IMG/VR virus record: IMGVR_UViG_3300021138_000002
Coordinates: 64,001-128,000 of that record
DNA length: 64,000 nt
Strand: one strand, 5' to 3'
Origin: a virus
Shown here: one piece after another, positions 1 to 8,723 of the stretch
How positions within the stretch are numbered: position 1 is the first letter of the stretch
Layout of the letters: each line of letters opens with the position of its first letter
The notes under the pieces: model-generated
Database searches by the model: none
The model's input: the letters and a program-made list of their open reading frames with translations, nothing else
What the model was told of the DNA's origin: nothing
Translations under genes and position numbers: made by a program

Positions 1-27
1 AAAGCAGTCATCGTCAAAAAAGTCAAA

Positions 28-261
28 TTGGAAGGCTTGAGTTATCCGACTTTTTTAAACTCTAGTCGATACCGCCCTGACTATTCGCAGGGGTACTATC
101 ACTATGCCAAACAAAACAACATTGTGGTTGAACCTGTCATACATTCAAACTATCTGGGCTTCAACGGTGAATGGTTTTTGGAATTTACCTGGCCGACCTT
201 TTCGTGGATATACGAAACCGAAACTGGCGGGCTCGGTTGGATTTATGAAAAAAATATATGA
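28..261 (+). CDS. hypothetical protein (possibly 5'-truncated by the window edge)
   Basis: 77-aa ORF at the window start with no recognisable motif. Confidence 0.4.
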   Translation: MEGLSYPTFLNSSRYRPDYSQGYYHYAKQNNIVVEPVIHSNYLGFNGEWFLEFTWPTFSWIYETETGGLGWIYEKNI

Positions 262-289
262 TTTATAAAATTTGTATAATTACTAGTCC

Positions 290-718
290 ATGGTATGGCT
301 GTATGAAAACACTCAAATTGAAACCCTGCCCGAAGATTGTGTCGGCTTTGTTTACTTGATCACAAACAACGTAACCGGCAGAAGATATATTGGAAAAAAA
401 TTAGCAAAATTCAGCAAGACAACGTACAAAGTAGTAAAATTAAAGAACGGCAACAAAAAACGCAAGAAAATCAAGTCAAAAATAGATTCAGACTGGCAGA
501 CATACTATGGTAGCAACGATCAACTCAACCAAGACATCAAGAGCCTGGGTGCAGACAACTTCACAAGAGAAATATTATTTTATTGCAGATCACGAGCCGA
601 ATGCAGTTATATAGAAGCTAGAGAACAATTCAATCATAGAGTACTAGAATCTGACGCGTGGTACAACGGACAAATTGTCTGTCGTATACACGGTAGTCAC
701 ATAAAAAACAAAATCTAA
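290..718 (+). CDS. minimal GIY-YIG nuclease-domain protein
   Basis: GFVYLITN...RRYIGKK motif, YYGS, and a C-terminal E...YN; basic KKRKKIK insert; no NUMOD DNA-binding tail; TATAAT at 272-277 upstream. Confidence 0.8.
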   Translation: MVWLYENTQIETLPEDCVGFVYLITNNVTGRRYIGKKLAKFSKTTYKVVKLKNGNKKRKKIKSKIDSDWQTYYGSNDQLNQDIKSLGADNFTREILFYCRSRAECSYIEAREQFNHRVLESDAWYNGQIVCRIHGSHIKNKI

Positions 719-720
719 AC

Positions 721-1146
721 TTAGACAGGCAACTAACCGACCGTGTTTGATCGAGGCAGCTCGATCCCCGTTGAGGGCTGGTGTGATACCCAGCCCGGAT
801 AGAATGGACCAAGGTTCACTCGGGTGTCAAAGGCAAATGCTAACTCAAGGCAGCAAAGGATTTGGGCTCTGTGAAAAAGATACAACCCATGCTCGTAGGA
901 CTTGGATCGATAATCGGGTCACTAGGGTTCCGTTGATATGTGAAGCTAGAGTAGGGGGTACCGGTCAACCGCCTCCGTGTGTGCAAACACAATCTCTTTA
1001 GGATCGATGACAGCTCAACTCAGATAATGTGTGGAGAATCATATTCACCGTGTGTACGGTGAATTGTGACCGCGTAATCTAGATAATGCAGAAGAGAAAC
1101 AATCGTTTCTGAGCTTTAGCGAAAGAAACAGATCTCTAAGAGATCT
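721..1146 (+). ncRNA. candidate large structured non-coding RNA (strand inferred)
   Basis: About 420 nt without a credible ORF in a gene-dense genome; stems at 749-766, 775-796, 979-990 (GCAA tetraloop), 1043-1064, 1105-1129 and 1130-1146. Confidence 0.55.
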
Positions 1147-1481
1147 CAAAACTGATCAGGATAATCTCTCCAAAGAGCATGTTGTATGTCTCCAGCAACA
1201 AACTGATTGAAACTGCGATGTTTGTCTTCCAGTTCGCCTTTGAGTGGAGCAACACGACGGAATGCCTCATCGATCTGTGCCATGTTCTCAAACTCCATGA
1301 TGATAAACCATTCGGGCATGTCGGCTATGCTGCGGAATCCCATTTTGCATCTGGTAATCCTGTAAGATATCATTTTACCTTCATCAACCAGGTGTTGTAA
1401 AAAACTTTTCATGTTGTTGACAAAATCAAGGTCGCTGATGTCGCCTTCCTTGTTTGCCCATATTGTGTATAAGTCTGACAT
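1146..1481 (-). CDS. DUF6614-like small alpha/beta protein
   Basis: Y.IW....ISDLDFV...L.HL..EGK..SYRITR.K.G...EW.I.MEF...Q.D.AF pattern resembles DUF6614 as recalled. Confidence 0.5.
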   Translation of the reverse strand: MSDLYTIWANKEGDISDLDFVNNMKSFLQHLVDEGKMISYRITRCKMGFRSIADMPEWFIIMEFENMAQIDEAFRRVAPLKGELEDKHRSFNQFVAGDIQHALWRDYPDQF

Positions 1482-1915
1482 TATTGTAGTGGTCCTAGTA
1501 GTTCAAAGCCGTCAAGGCCCTGTTTGTACAAGTGTGCTTGATCCAGATAGAGATATTGGAATCCTCGATCTCGATAGATGGCACACTCGGTTTTTAAACT
1601 TTCTATGCCCAATCGCAACCGGGGATTGTGATAATTCCAGGCAAATTGAGCACACAAAGCATTGTGACTGTCGTAGCGTTTGATCATGCTCCAGGCTACC
1701 AGTCGTCCTTGGTCTCGATAGCCGATTAGATCTGTGTCTGGATCACGGTATTGGCTATCAAATATGGGCATCACACTAGCAAAGTGTTTGTAGATGCAAT
1801 AGGTTCTATAGATGTCGTTTAACAGGTCAATATCAGGATTGGTGATGTAGTACCAGTCCACCGTGGGCCGATAGGAGACCTTTTCAAGATTGATTCTGGC
1901 ATATTGATAGGTCAT
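1481..1915 (-). CDS. GNAT-fold protein resembling the C-terminal domain of aminoacyl-tRNA-protein transferases (ATE_C/Bpt)
   Basis: LIGYRDQGRLVAWS...LGIESLKTE...RGFQYLYL....YK resembles the ATE_C LG...L..I......YLYLGY...YK pattern. Confidence 0.5.
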   Translation of the reverse strand: MTYQYARINLEKVSYRPTVDWYYITNPDIDLLNDIYRTYCIYKHFASVMPIFDSQYRDPDTDLIGYRDQGRLVAWSMIKRYDSHNALCAQFAWNYHNPRLRLGIESLKTECAIYRDRGFQYLYLDQAHLYKQGLDGFELLGPLQ

Positions 1916-2415
1916 GGTCTGGGATCCTGTCGGTGTTGGAACAGTTCTTTGAGATAGGGTTCAGGCCAGGTGTCATAAAATCCTCGCTGACCCAGTGTTG
2001 CGGCCTTTTGATCAAGGTCTGTAAGACGCTGTATCAAGATCAAGGCATAAGTTCCTTGATTCATAGCGACACTGTTTACTATTTCGGGCAGACCCGGGTG
2101 ATCCACCAGGGCTATCAAATCGTTGGGCAATAGATATTCCTCACAGGCAGTTTTCACAGCCAGTTCAAAATTGAATCCTGAGTACCGGTCTGGATCGTAG
2201 GCCAAGATTACTACATCGCGATTGCCCAATCCGGTGCGACCAATTTCCATCAGGTCAAACAAGATGTTGTCGCCCGTGCGTACTTCGTAGGCTTGTTCCA
2301 GCCTGGCACGGCGTGCATACGGGCACGGTGCCCAGTTGTTGAGTGCTGGATTGGGCACTTCCAAGAAAGTTTCAATCCATCTATCGATGTCGGATTTTAT
2401 CTGTTCAAGATTCAT
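1912..2415 (-). CDS. DUF1415-like protein (CP[YF]A motif)
   Basis: WI..FL...NNWAPCPYAR, DHP and ILIQRL.DL motifs. Confidence 0.45.
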   Translation of the reverse strand: MNLEQIKSDIDRWIETFLEVPNPALNNWAPCPYARRARLEQAYEVRTGDNILFDLMEIGRTGLGNRDVVILAYDPDRYSGFNFELAVKTACEEYLLPNDLIALVDHPGLPEIVNSVAMNQGTYALILIQRLTDLDQKAATLGQRGFYDTWPEPYLKELFQHRQDPRP

Positions 2416-2416
2416 G

Positions 2417-2653
2417 TTAGAAAAATGGTAGTCCTGATTTTTTGGTAGTTTCCAAATTGGTCTTGATCAGCCGGTTGATCAACTTGCGTTCGGTCACGCT
2501 GAGCTGTAGTGCATGATCGTAACTGAGTCCTCCACGCATGTACCAACTCAACTGCAGGGCCTCTTCTCTAATTTCTTCACACTCATGATCCATTCGGTCA
2601 ACTATTTTGCCAATTTCGTCAGAGTTAGAGACTAGGAGGCGGGAGCGAAAAAA
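2417..2653 (-). CDS. small baseplate/tail-assembly ORF (gp51-like position); possible -1 frameshift extension of the upstream gene
   Basis: Overlaps the 3' end of 2632..3471 in the -1 frame; LSWYMRGGLSY..ALQLS..ER pattern; alternative start at the internal MDHEC Met. Confidence 0.55.
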   Translation of the reverse strand, partial: FFRSRLLVSNSDEIGKIVDRMDHECEEIREEALQLSWYMRGGLSYDHALQLSVTERKLINRLIKTNLETTKKSGLPFF

Positions 2654-3471
2654 CTGGACATGTCCAAGGTCAGCAATTGATCGTATTCGTGATTGCATTC
2701 ATCACAGACCAAGTGCAAGGGTTTTATTTCCGACACAGATTTCAAATTGATCGCATAGTCTCTGATCTGATTGAACAGCTTGCGATCGCAGTGCAACAGC
2801 ATTTCTTCAATGAATTCGGATTCGGTCACCATGGCCGACGGTGTTTTGACCATGGCTATACTCATGGCCAAGGCTTTTACAGTGATTTCGGTTATTTTTT
2901 TCAAGGCGTCGCTGACCATGGTGACTTTTTGATCGTCGACTACTTCTAGATCTGGCATCATCTGTATGATTTTTTGATTCTCGTACTGCATCTTGCTGTT
3001 GTCGGTGATATTCTTGTAGTTCATGGGCCGAAAGAAAATTTCCATGTCACCAGATTTTATACTGGCACTGTAGTCGGGCGATTTCAACGAATCCATGACC
3101 AACCGCAAATCCAAGCTACGATCTGCACTAGCTTGACAGGCCGGGCAGGTTGACCCAAACTCCATTTCGTGTCCGTAACTGGCTATGCGTATGGCTACCA
3201 AGATAGCATCAAGATCCATGGCCGGCACGTCCCAGGCATTCACAATGTCGGGAATACAGCTCTGTATCACGCTCACAGTGGCCTGTCCGTTAAACATGGC
3301 ATCGGGCGTGCGATAGGTGATTTCGTCAATGGCTGTCATGGGATACACTGCGTACTCGCCGGTCACACTAGGCTTGAGCGAACCAGACGGATAATACTTG
3401 CCCTGGCTGGGCAATCGTATGTAAATGGCGGGCTGTCTGAAATACTGCTGGAGCGGGTTGTTTGGGTTCAT
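2632..3471 (-). CDS. T4 gp26-like baseplate hub / tail assembly chaperone
   Basis: NPLQQYFRQPAIYIRLPS.G..Y, PMTAIDE, DLDAILVAIRIASYG, two CxxC pairs; GAGG SD. Confidence 0.7.
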   Translation of the reverse strand: MNPNNPLQQYFRQPAIYIRLPSQGKYYPSGSLKPSVTGEYAVYPMTAIDEITYRTPDAMFNGQATVSVIQSCIPDIVNAWDVPAMDLDAILVAIRIASYGHEMEFGSTCPACQASADRSLDLRLVMDSLKSPDYSASIKSGDMEIFFRPMNYKNITDNSKMQYENQKIIQMMPDLEVVDDQKVTMVSDALKKITEITVKALAMSIAMVKTPSAMVTESEFIEEMLLHCDRKLFNQIRDYAINLKSVSEIKPLHLVCDECNHEYDQLLTLDMSSFFAPAS

Positions 3472-3494
3472 TTTTTTCCTCGGTAAATATAATT

Positions 3495-5678
3495 ATGGCT
3501 GACACATACACCCCTGAAGAAATTGATGAAATATTTGGCGCCTATAATCGAGCCATAAAAGACGGTACTCCGATCACGGCCGATCTGACCCGGCAGATGA
3601 AAGATGCCGCCACTGGTGTCAAAAATTACACAGCCAATCTAAATAACAGTCTCAAAGGACTGGGCAATTCGGCCCTGAAACTGGCTGACCAAATCAAAGA
3701 CGGTGCACAGGGTGCAGCAGTATTCAACGACAGCATAAATGCCACAGCCACAGTGCTGGACAATTTCCTGTCACGGTTTGGTGTGCTTGGACGCATGTTG
3801 GGTACAGCAATAACAGCTGGTGCCAAATATGCTTCTGAAGCCAACAAGCAAGGCGATGCACTGTTCAAAAGCTATCAGGACCTGACTAGATTTGGGCAAG
3901 GCACTGCACGTGGCATGAGCGACGTGTTTGACACCATGCAGAAGTTCAGCTACGGCATTGGCGAACTGGATCAAATGACTGCCCTGCTCAGGGACAACGC
4001 CAAGAATTTGGCCCTGTTTGGTGGCACTGTAGCACAAGGCACCGACGCCTTGGCCAACACATCAGCACAATTCAGAGATTCAGGATTACAAGATTATTTT
4101 CGAAGAATGGGCATGGATGTTGACACCCAAAATCGTGCCATAGCCGGTTACATAAAACAGTTGGGCATGCTGGGGCAGACACAAGGAAAAACACAGAACG
4201 ATCTGACCCAGGGGGCAGCAGCCTACCTGAGAGAAATAGAAGGGCTTACACGACTGACCGGTCAAAATCGTGAAGAATTGGAACAGCAACGTGAAGCAGC
4301 CATGCGGGTGGATCAGTTTGCAGTCACAGTGCAAGATCTGGGCAAACAAGGCAAAGAGCTACAAAAAGTTTTCAATATATTGAACAGCATAGATCCCAAA
4401 TATGCACAGGCTTTTGCCGAAAGTTCCACTGGATTCTTGACCGGTTCGGCTGAACAAACCCAGCTGTTCCAGCTGTCGGGTGGACGATTGTTGAGCTTGA
4501 TGGACCAACTCAAGACCGGGGCCATAAATGCCGGACAGTTTGTGGATGCATTAAAACCAACTGGAAATCAGCTGGAACTGTTCAAAAACATGGCCCGAGT
4601 TCCGGGTCAACTGGCCGGATTTGCTGGGTCCTACAGCAGTGTTATCAAACTGACCAACAAGAGCTGGGAACAGTCAGCAGAAGCCGCGGATAGGTCAATC
4701 GAAGTCACAGACGAAACCACCGACGCATCAGTGGACCTTAGAAAAAAACAGATGCAGACTCGAGATGCGTTACAAAGCATGATCCATGATGGGGTACTGC
4801 CGGCCACTCAAGCCATGGCCAAATTGGCCGGAATCACAGACCAAGCTGCCGAAGGTAGCAAAGGTTTTTGGGATAAGGTGGGTGACTTTTTTAGCGGAGA
4901 TAAAAACAAAGTAAAATCAGATTCTGATCTAGATAAATTGTTAGGCGCTATACGCAAAGTAGAAAGCGGCAGCATTGCGGGCAATTACAAAATTAAAAGC
5001 CCATCATCTAGTGCATCAGGGGCATATCAATTTCTTGACAAGACCTGGCAAGAACAAACTAAAAAACAAAATCTTGGTACCGAATACAGACGAGCTGCAG
5101 ACGCACCCAAAGAAATACAGGATGCTGTGGCAAAAACTTTTATAAAAGAATTGTTGAGGATCAACAAAGGCGACATTGATGCTGTACTGAATCAATATTT
5201 CACCGGCGATCCTAGAGGTAAAATGAACAAACAGCAATTGGATGCCAACTCTGGACTCGATTCTGGTGGGTATCGACAGCGAGCCTATAATGCACTAAAA
5301 GAGCAAGGCGGACTAAGTTCAGGGTCAACCTCAACTAACAATACTTTGGCCGGAACTACGCCAAATGCACCGTTAGGTATGGCCAACGGCTTTGAAGGAT
5401 TTATGTCAGGACCAAAATCTGGATATCGACCCAACATAATCATGCACGGAACCGAGTCTATCAAGGTCACGCCAGAAAATCAGTTAGGACAATCAACAAC
5501 TCCAGTACACAGTGCGTTAAGCCAGCAGACTGCAAAGTTGGATCAAATGGTACAGGCCTTGCAAGACAGCAATGGCCAAGAAATGATGATGATGCAACTT
5601 GACAAACTGGATCGTCTGATACATGTCATGCAAAATCAAGTCAACATCAGTCAAAAGATATTGCAACAGAGTCACTAA
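3495..5678 (+). CDS. tape-measure-like protein with C-terminal lytic transglycosylase/lysozyme-like domain
   Basis: Long Ala/Gln-rich helical region followed by AIRKVES...SASGAYQFLDKTW...QDAVA; start moved to ATG 3495 after the TAAATA motif. Confidence 0.65.
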   Translation: MADTYTPEEIDEIFGAYNRAIKDGTPITADLTRQMKDAATGVKNYTANLNNSLKGLGNSALKLADQIKDGAQGAAVFNDSINATATVLDNFLSRFGVLGRMLGTAITAGAKYASEANKQGDALFKSYQDLTRFGQGTARGMSDVFDTMQKFSYGIGELDQMTALLRDNAKNLALFGGTVAQGTDALANTSAQFRDSGLQDYFRRMGMDVDTQNRAIAGYIKQLGMLGQTQGKTQNDLTQGAAAYLREIEGLTRLTGQNREELEQQREAAMRVDQFAVTVQDLGKQGKELQKVFNILNSIDPKYAQAFAESSTGFLTGSAEQTQLFQLSGGRLLSLMDQLKTGAINAGQFVDALKPTGNQLELFKNMARVPGQLAGFAGSYSSVIKLTNKSWEQSAEAADRSIEVTDETTDASVDLRKKQMQTRDALQSMIHDGVLPATQAMAKLAGITDQAAEGSKGFWDKVGDFFSGDKNKVKSDSDLDKLLGAIRKVESGSIAGNYKIKSPSSSASGAYQFLDKTWQEQTKKQNLGTEYRRAADAPKEIQDAVAKTFIKELLRINKGDIDAVLNQYFTGDPRGKMNKQQLDANSGLDSGGYRQRAYNALKEQGGLSSGSTSTNNTLAGTTPNAPLGMANGFEGFMSGPKSGYRPNIIMHGTESIKVTPENQLGQSTTPVHSALSQQTAKLDQMVQALQDSNGQEMMMMQLDKLDRLIHVMQNQVNISQKILQQSH

Positions 5679-5696
5679 GCCCATAAATAATAGACT

Positions 5697-7532
5697 ATGG
5701 CAGAAAACACTAACGGCGGTCAAGGGCGCGGATGGCGCAAGTATTTCAAGGTCGCAAGCACCAGCGGTCAACTCAGTCCAATTTCAGGATCAAATCAATT
5801 TGGCCTTCCTGGCTACAGCAAACAAAACGGTGCTGACTACAGCACACCGGGCACCGGCAACGAGTTCAGCTATCGCAACTATGCCAGTCGATTGCCCGAA
5901 GTTTATTCAGGACATCCCAACAGGATCGAACGCTATAACCAGTACGAAAACATGGACTGCGATTCGGAAGTCAATGCCTGTTTAGACATCATTGCCGAGT
6001 TTAGCACACAGATCAACCAAGACAACAAGACACCGTTTGATATCAATTTCACCGACAAACCAACCGATCACGAAGTTGAAATTATCAAAAAACAACTGCA
6101 ACAGTGGACCAAACTGAACAAGCTGGATCAACGCATATTCAAACTGTTCCGAAACGTGATCAAGTACGGCGATCAGGTGTTTGTGCGTGACCCAGAGACA
6201 TTTGAAATGTACTGGGTAGACATGGTCAAGGTGGCTCGTGTTATTGTAAACGAAAGCGAAGGCAAACGGCCCGAGCAGTACATCATACGCGACATCAATC
6301 CCAATTTCCAAAACATGAGCATAGCTCAAAAGACCACTAGTGATTACTATGTGAGCCGTGCCACTGGCAGCATAGGACAAAACAACTACACAGCACCCAA
6401 TGGTGGTGGCTATGGCGGTGCCGGCGGCGGAACTGGCAACAACAGATTTACTCAGGCCATGAATGAAACTTGCCTGGACAGTCGACACATTGTACACATC
6501 AGCCTGAATGAAGGCTTGGATTTTTTCTGGCCATTTGGACAAAGCATCTTGGAAAACATATTTAAGGTCTACAAGCAGAAAGAATTGTTAGAAGATTCTG
6601 TGTTGATCTATCGTGTGCAACGTGCACCAGAACGCCGAGTTTTCAAGATTGACGTGGGCAACATGCCCAGCCATTTGGCCATGCAGTTTGTGGAACGTGT
6701 CAAAAACGAAATGCATCAACGCAGGATTCCTACCAACACCGGTGGCGGTGCCAACATGATGGACGCCAGCTACAATCCGCTCAGTATCAACGAAGATTAC
6801 TTTTTCCCTAGCACCAGCGACGGACGTGGTAGCAGTGTGGAAGTGTTGCCAGGCGGTACCAATCTAGGCGAAATTGACGATTTAAAATACTTCAACAACA
6901 AAATGGCCCGCGGTCTGCGTGTGCCATCTAGCTATTTGCCGACCGGTCCTGACGATTCAGACCGTGCATTTACCGACGGAAAAGTGGGCACAGCTCTCAT
7001 ACAAGAATACCGATTCAATCAGTATTGCAAACGCCTGCAAAACTTGATCATGCAAAAGCTAGACGACGAATTTAAAATGTTCTTACACTGGCGCGGATTC
7101 AACATTGATTCGGGTCTGTTCACGATCACCTTTTGCGAGCCACAAAACTTTGCGACCTATCGCCAGGCCGAAATGGACAACAGCCGTATCACAGCATTTA
7201 CTCAATTGGAGCAATTGCCTTACATGAGCAAGCGATTCATGATGAAACGCTTCCTGGGCTTGACCGAAGAAGAAATTGTAGAAAACGAAAAATACTGGCG
7301 AGAAGAACGCGAAGAGCCCGAAGTTGAAACCACGCAAGGCCAGGATCTGCGTTCGATTGGTATCACACCAGCCGGTCTTGAAAGCGACATCACTACCGGA
7401 GCCGATCTTGCTGGTGCCGAAATCATGCCAGGTCCTGGACAACCGGGTGCCACACCGCCCATAGCTGGACAGCCAGCCGGCACAGGAGCACCGCCCGCAG
7501 GTGGGGCCGCCGGCGGAGTACCTCCGTTATAA
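5697..7532 (+). CDS. gp20: portal vertex protein (T4 gp20-like)
   Basis: LLEDSVLIYRVQRAPERRVFKIDVGNMP, EDYFFP, LPGGTNLGEIDDLKYF and LRVPSSYL motifs. Confidence 0.95.
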   Translation: MAENTNGGQGRGWRKYFKVASTSGQLSPISGSNQFGLPGYSKQNGADYSTPGTGNEFSYRNYASRLPEVYSGHPNRIERYNQYENMDCDSEVNACLDIIAEFSTQINQDNKTPFDINFTDKPTDHEVEIIKKQLQQWTKLNKLDQRIFKLFRNVIKYGDQVFVRDPETFEMYWVDMVKVARVIVNESEGKRPEQYIIRDINPNFQNMSIAQKTTSDYYVSRATGSIGQNNYTAPNGGGYGGAGGGTGNNRFTQAMNETCLDSRHIVHISLNEGLDFFWPFGQSILENIFKVYKQKELLEDSVLIYRVQRAPERRVFKIDVGNMPSHLAMQFVERVKNEMHQRRIPTNTGGGANMMDASYNPLSINEDYFFPSTSDGRGSSVEVLPGGTNLGEIDDLKYFNNKMARGLRVPSSYLPTGPDDSDRAFTDGKVGTALIQEYRFNQYCKRLQNLIMQKLDDEFKMFLHWRGFNIDSGLFTITFCEPQNFATYRQAEMDNSRITAFTQLEQLPYMSKRFMMKRFLGLTEEEIVENEKYWREEREEPEVETTQGQDLRSIGITPAGLESDITTGADLAGAEIMPGPGQPGATPPIAGQPAGTGAPPAGGAAGGVPPL

Positions 7533-7535
7533 ATA
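7528..7535 (+). promoter_or_regulatory. T4-type late promoter TATAAATA (representative of a window-wide TAAATA motif)
   Basis: TAAATA precedes many genes: 3484, 5684, 11816, 12956, 16606, 41228, 42161, 51936 and 62384 on +; 39125-39130, 39705-39712 and 45461-45466 on -. Confidence 0.75.
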
Positions 7536-7539
7536 CAAC

Positions 7540-7761
7540 ATGATACTCAAAGAAATTTACGATCGAAACCACCCAGGCTATCAAGACGACAGTCAAGACA
7601 ATAGCCAGCCCGAGCTGGGCGATCTACGTAAAACTCGTTTGACTCTACGTCAGTTGAACAAACTGCGTCAGATGAACGATGTACGCAGCTACGAGTACAA
7701 AGAAAAACTCAAGCTGGTCAAGCAACAGTACGCACCACCTCCGGCTGCACCCGGACTGTAA
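7540..7761 (+). CDS. small conserved head-region protein
   Basis: ATG directly after TATAAATA; RKTRLTLRQLNKLR; lies between portal and core genes. Confidence 0.6.
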   Translation: MILKEIYDRNHPGYQDDSQDNSQPELGDLRKTRLTLRQLNKLRQMNDVRSYEYKEKLKLVKQQYAPPPAAPGL

Positions 7762-7868
7762 CGCTACAGTCACAATCTCTGTCAAAAACTACCAGTTTTT
7801 GGCCTCAAAACTACCAATATTTCTCTTTTGACGTAAGTAATATACGAGCCATTACTTAAGGAGATATT

Positions 7869-8714
7869 ATGACATCGAAATTTGAACAGTTGATCGAATA
7901 TGTGATCAACGATGAAGAAGACAAAGCTAAAGAGCTTTTCCACGACATAGTAGTTGAAAAAAGTCGTGAAATCTATGAAAACCTCATGAACGAAGAAGAT
8001 CAGGACGACGAGGAAGAAGACGGCGAAGAGGAAGACCTCGACGAAGGCATGGAAGATGAAAGCATGGGCGGTGACGCCAGTGACAGCTTGATTGACGACG
8101 TTGAGAGCGAAGAAGCCGGCATGCAGATGGAAGGCGACGAAGAGTTTGACGACGAAGCCGAAGAAGACGGCGAAGATTTAACTCACGACATGGAAAAAGA
8201 CCATGACGAAGACGGTGATATCGAAGACAGAGTCATTGACTTGGAAGACAAGTTAGACGAACTCATGGCCGAATTTGAAGCCATGATGGGCAATGACGAA
8301 GGCGGTATCGACAGCGATTTACAAGGCGAAGAAGGCGACGAATTGGCCGGTGATGCTCTAGAAATGGACGACACCCAGGCATTTGCCGACAACGACATGG
8401 ACGAAATGGGCATGATGGAAAACGTACAGTTAGACAAAGTTCCTGCTCCAAAGCACGGCGATGACGGTGCCAACAACAAAAGCGTAGTGGCTTTCAACTC
8501 CGGCGCCAAAGGCATGCAAGGTGCTCCAGTCAAAATGACCGGCGATGTAGCACAAGGCCGTCCAGCTCCTAAAACTGCTGATTTACCCGAAGCCGGCAAG
8601 TTCAAAAACACCCCCGGTAAAGGCACAAGCAACACCAAGTTAGATGCGGCCCCAAAGCCAACTTTGACACAGGCTGCTGGTACAAACACTAGAACTCCTT
8701 TTCCAAAAGGATAA
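7869..8714 (+). CDS. acidic prohead core-like protein
   Basis: Very Asp/Glu-rich; AAGGAG SD; position between portal and protease matches T4 gp67/68. Confidence 0.6.
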   Translation: MTSKFEQLIEYVINDEEDKAKELFHDIVVEKSREIYENLMNEEDQDDEEEDGEEEDLDEGMEDESMGGDASDSLIDDVESEEAGMQMEGDEEFDDEAEEDGEDLTHDMEKDHDEDGDIEDRVIDLEDKLDELMAEFEAMMGNDEGGIDSDLQGEEGDELAGDALEMDDTQAFADNDMDEMGMMENVQLDKVPAPKHGDDGANNKSVVAFNSGAKGMQGAPVKMTGDVAQGRPAPKTADLPEAGKFKNTPGKGTSNTKLDAAPKPTLTQAAGTNTRTPFPKG

Positions 8715-8723
8715 TAGGCAGAT

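Noticed and set aside
747-1001. 84-aa ORF in the structured intergenic region
   Set aside because: TTG start without SD, no recognisable motif, and it runs through several strong stems; RNA structure explains the region better.
721-1146. tmRNA, RNase P RNA, tRNA or self-splicing intron
   Set aside because: No tRNA-like ends or T-loop, no RNase P GAGGAAAGUCC motif, no recognisable group I P7 or group II domain V, and no interrupted host gene.
7783-7818. Short direct repeat AAAACTACCA x2 upstream of the core protein gene
   Set aside because: Could be an operator but is too short and AT-rich to support without comparative data.
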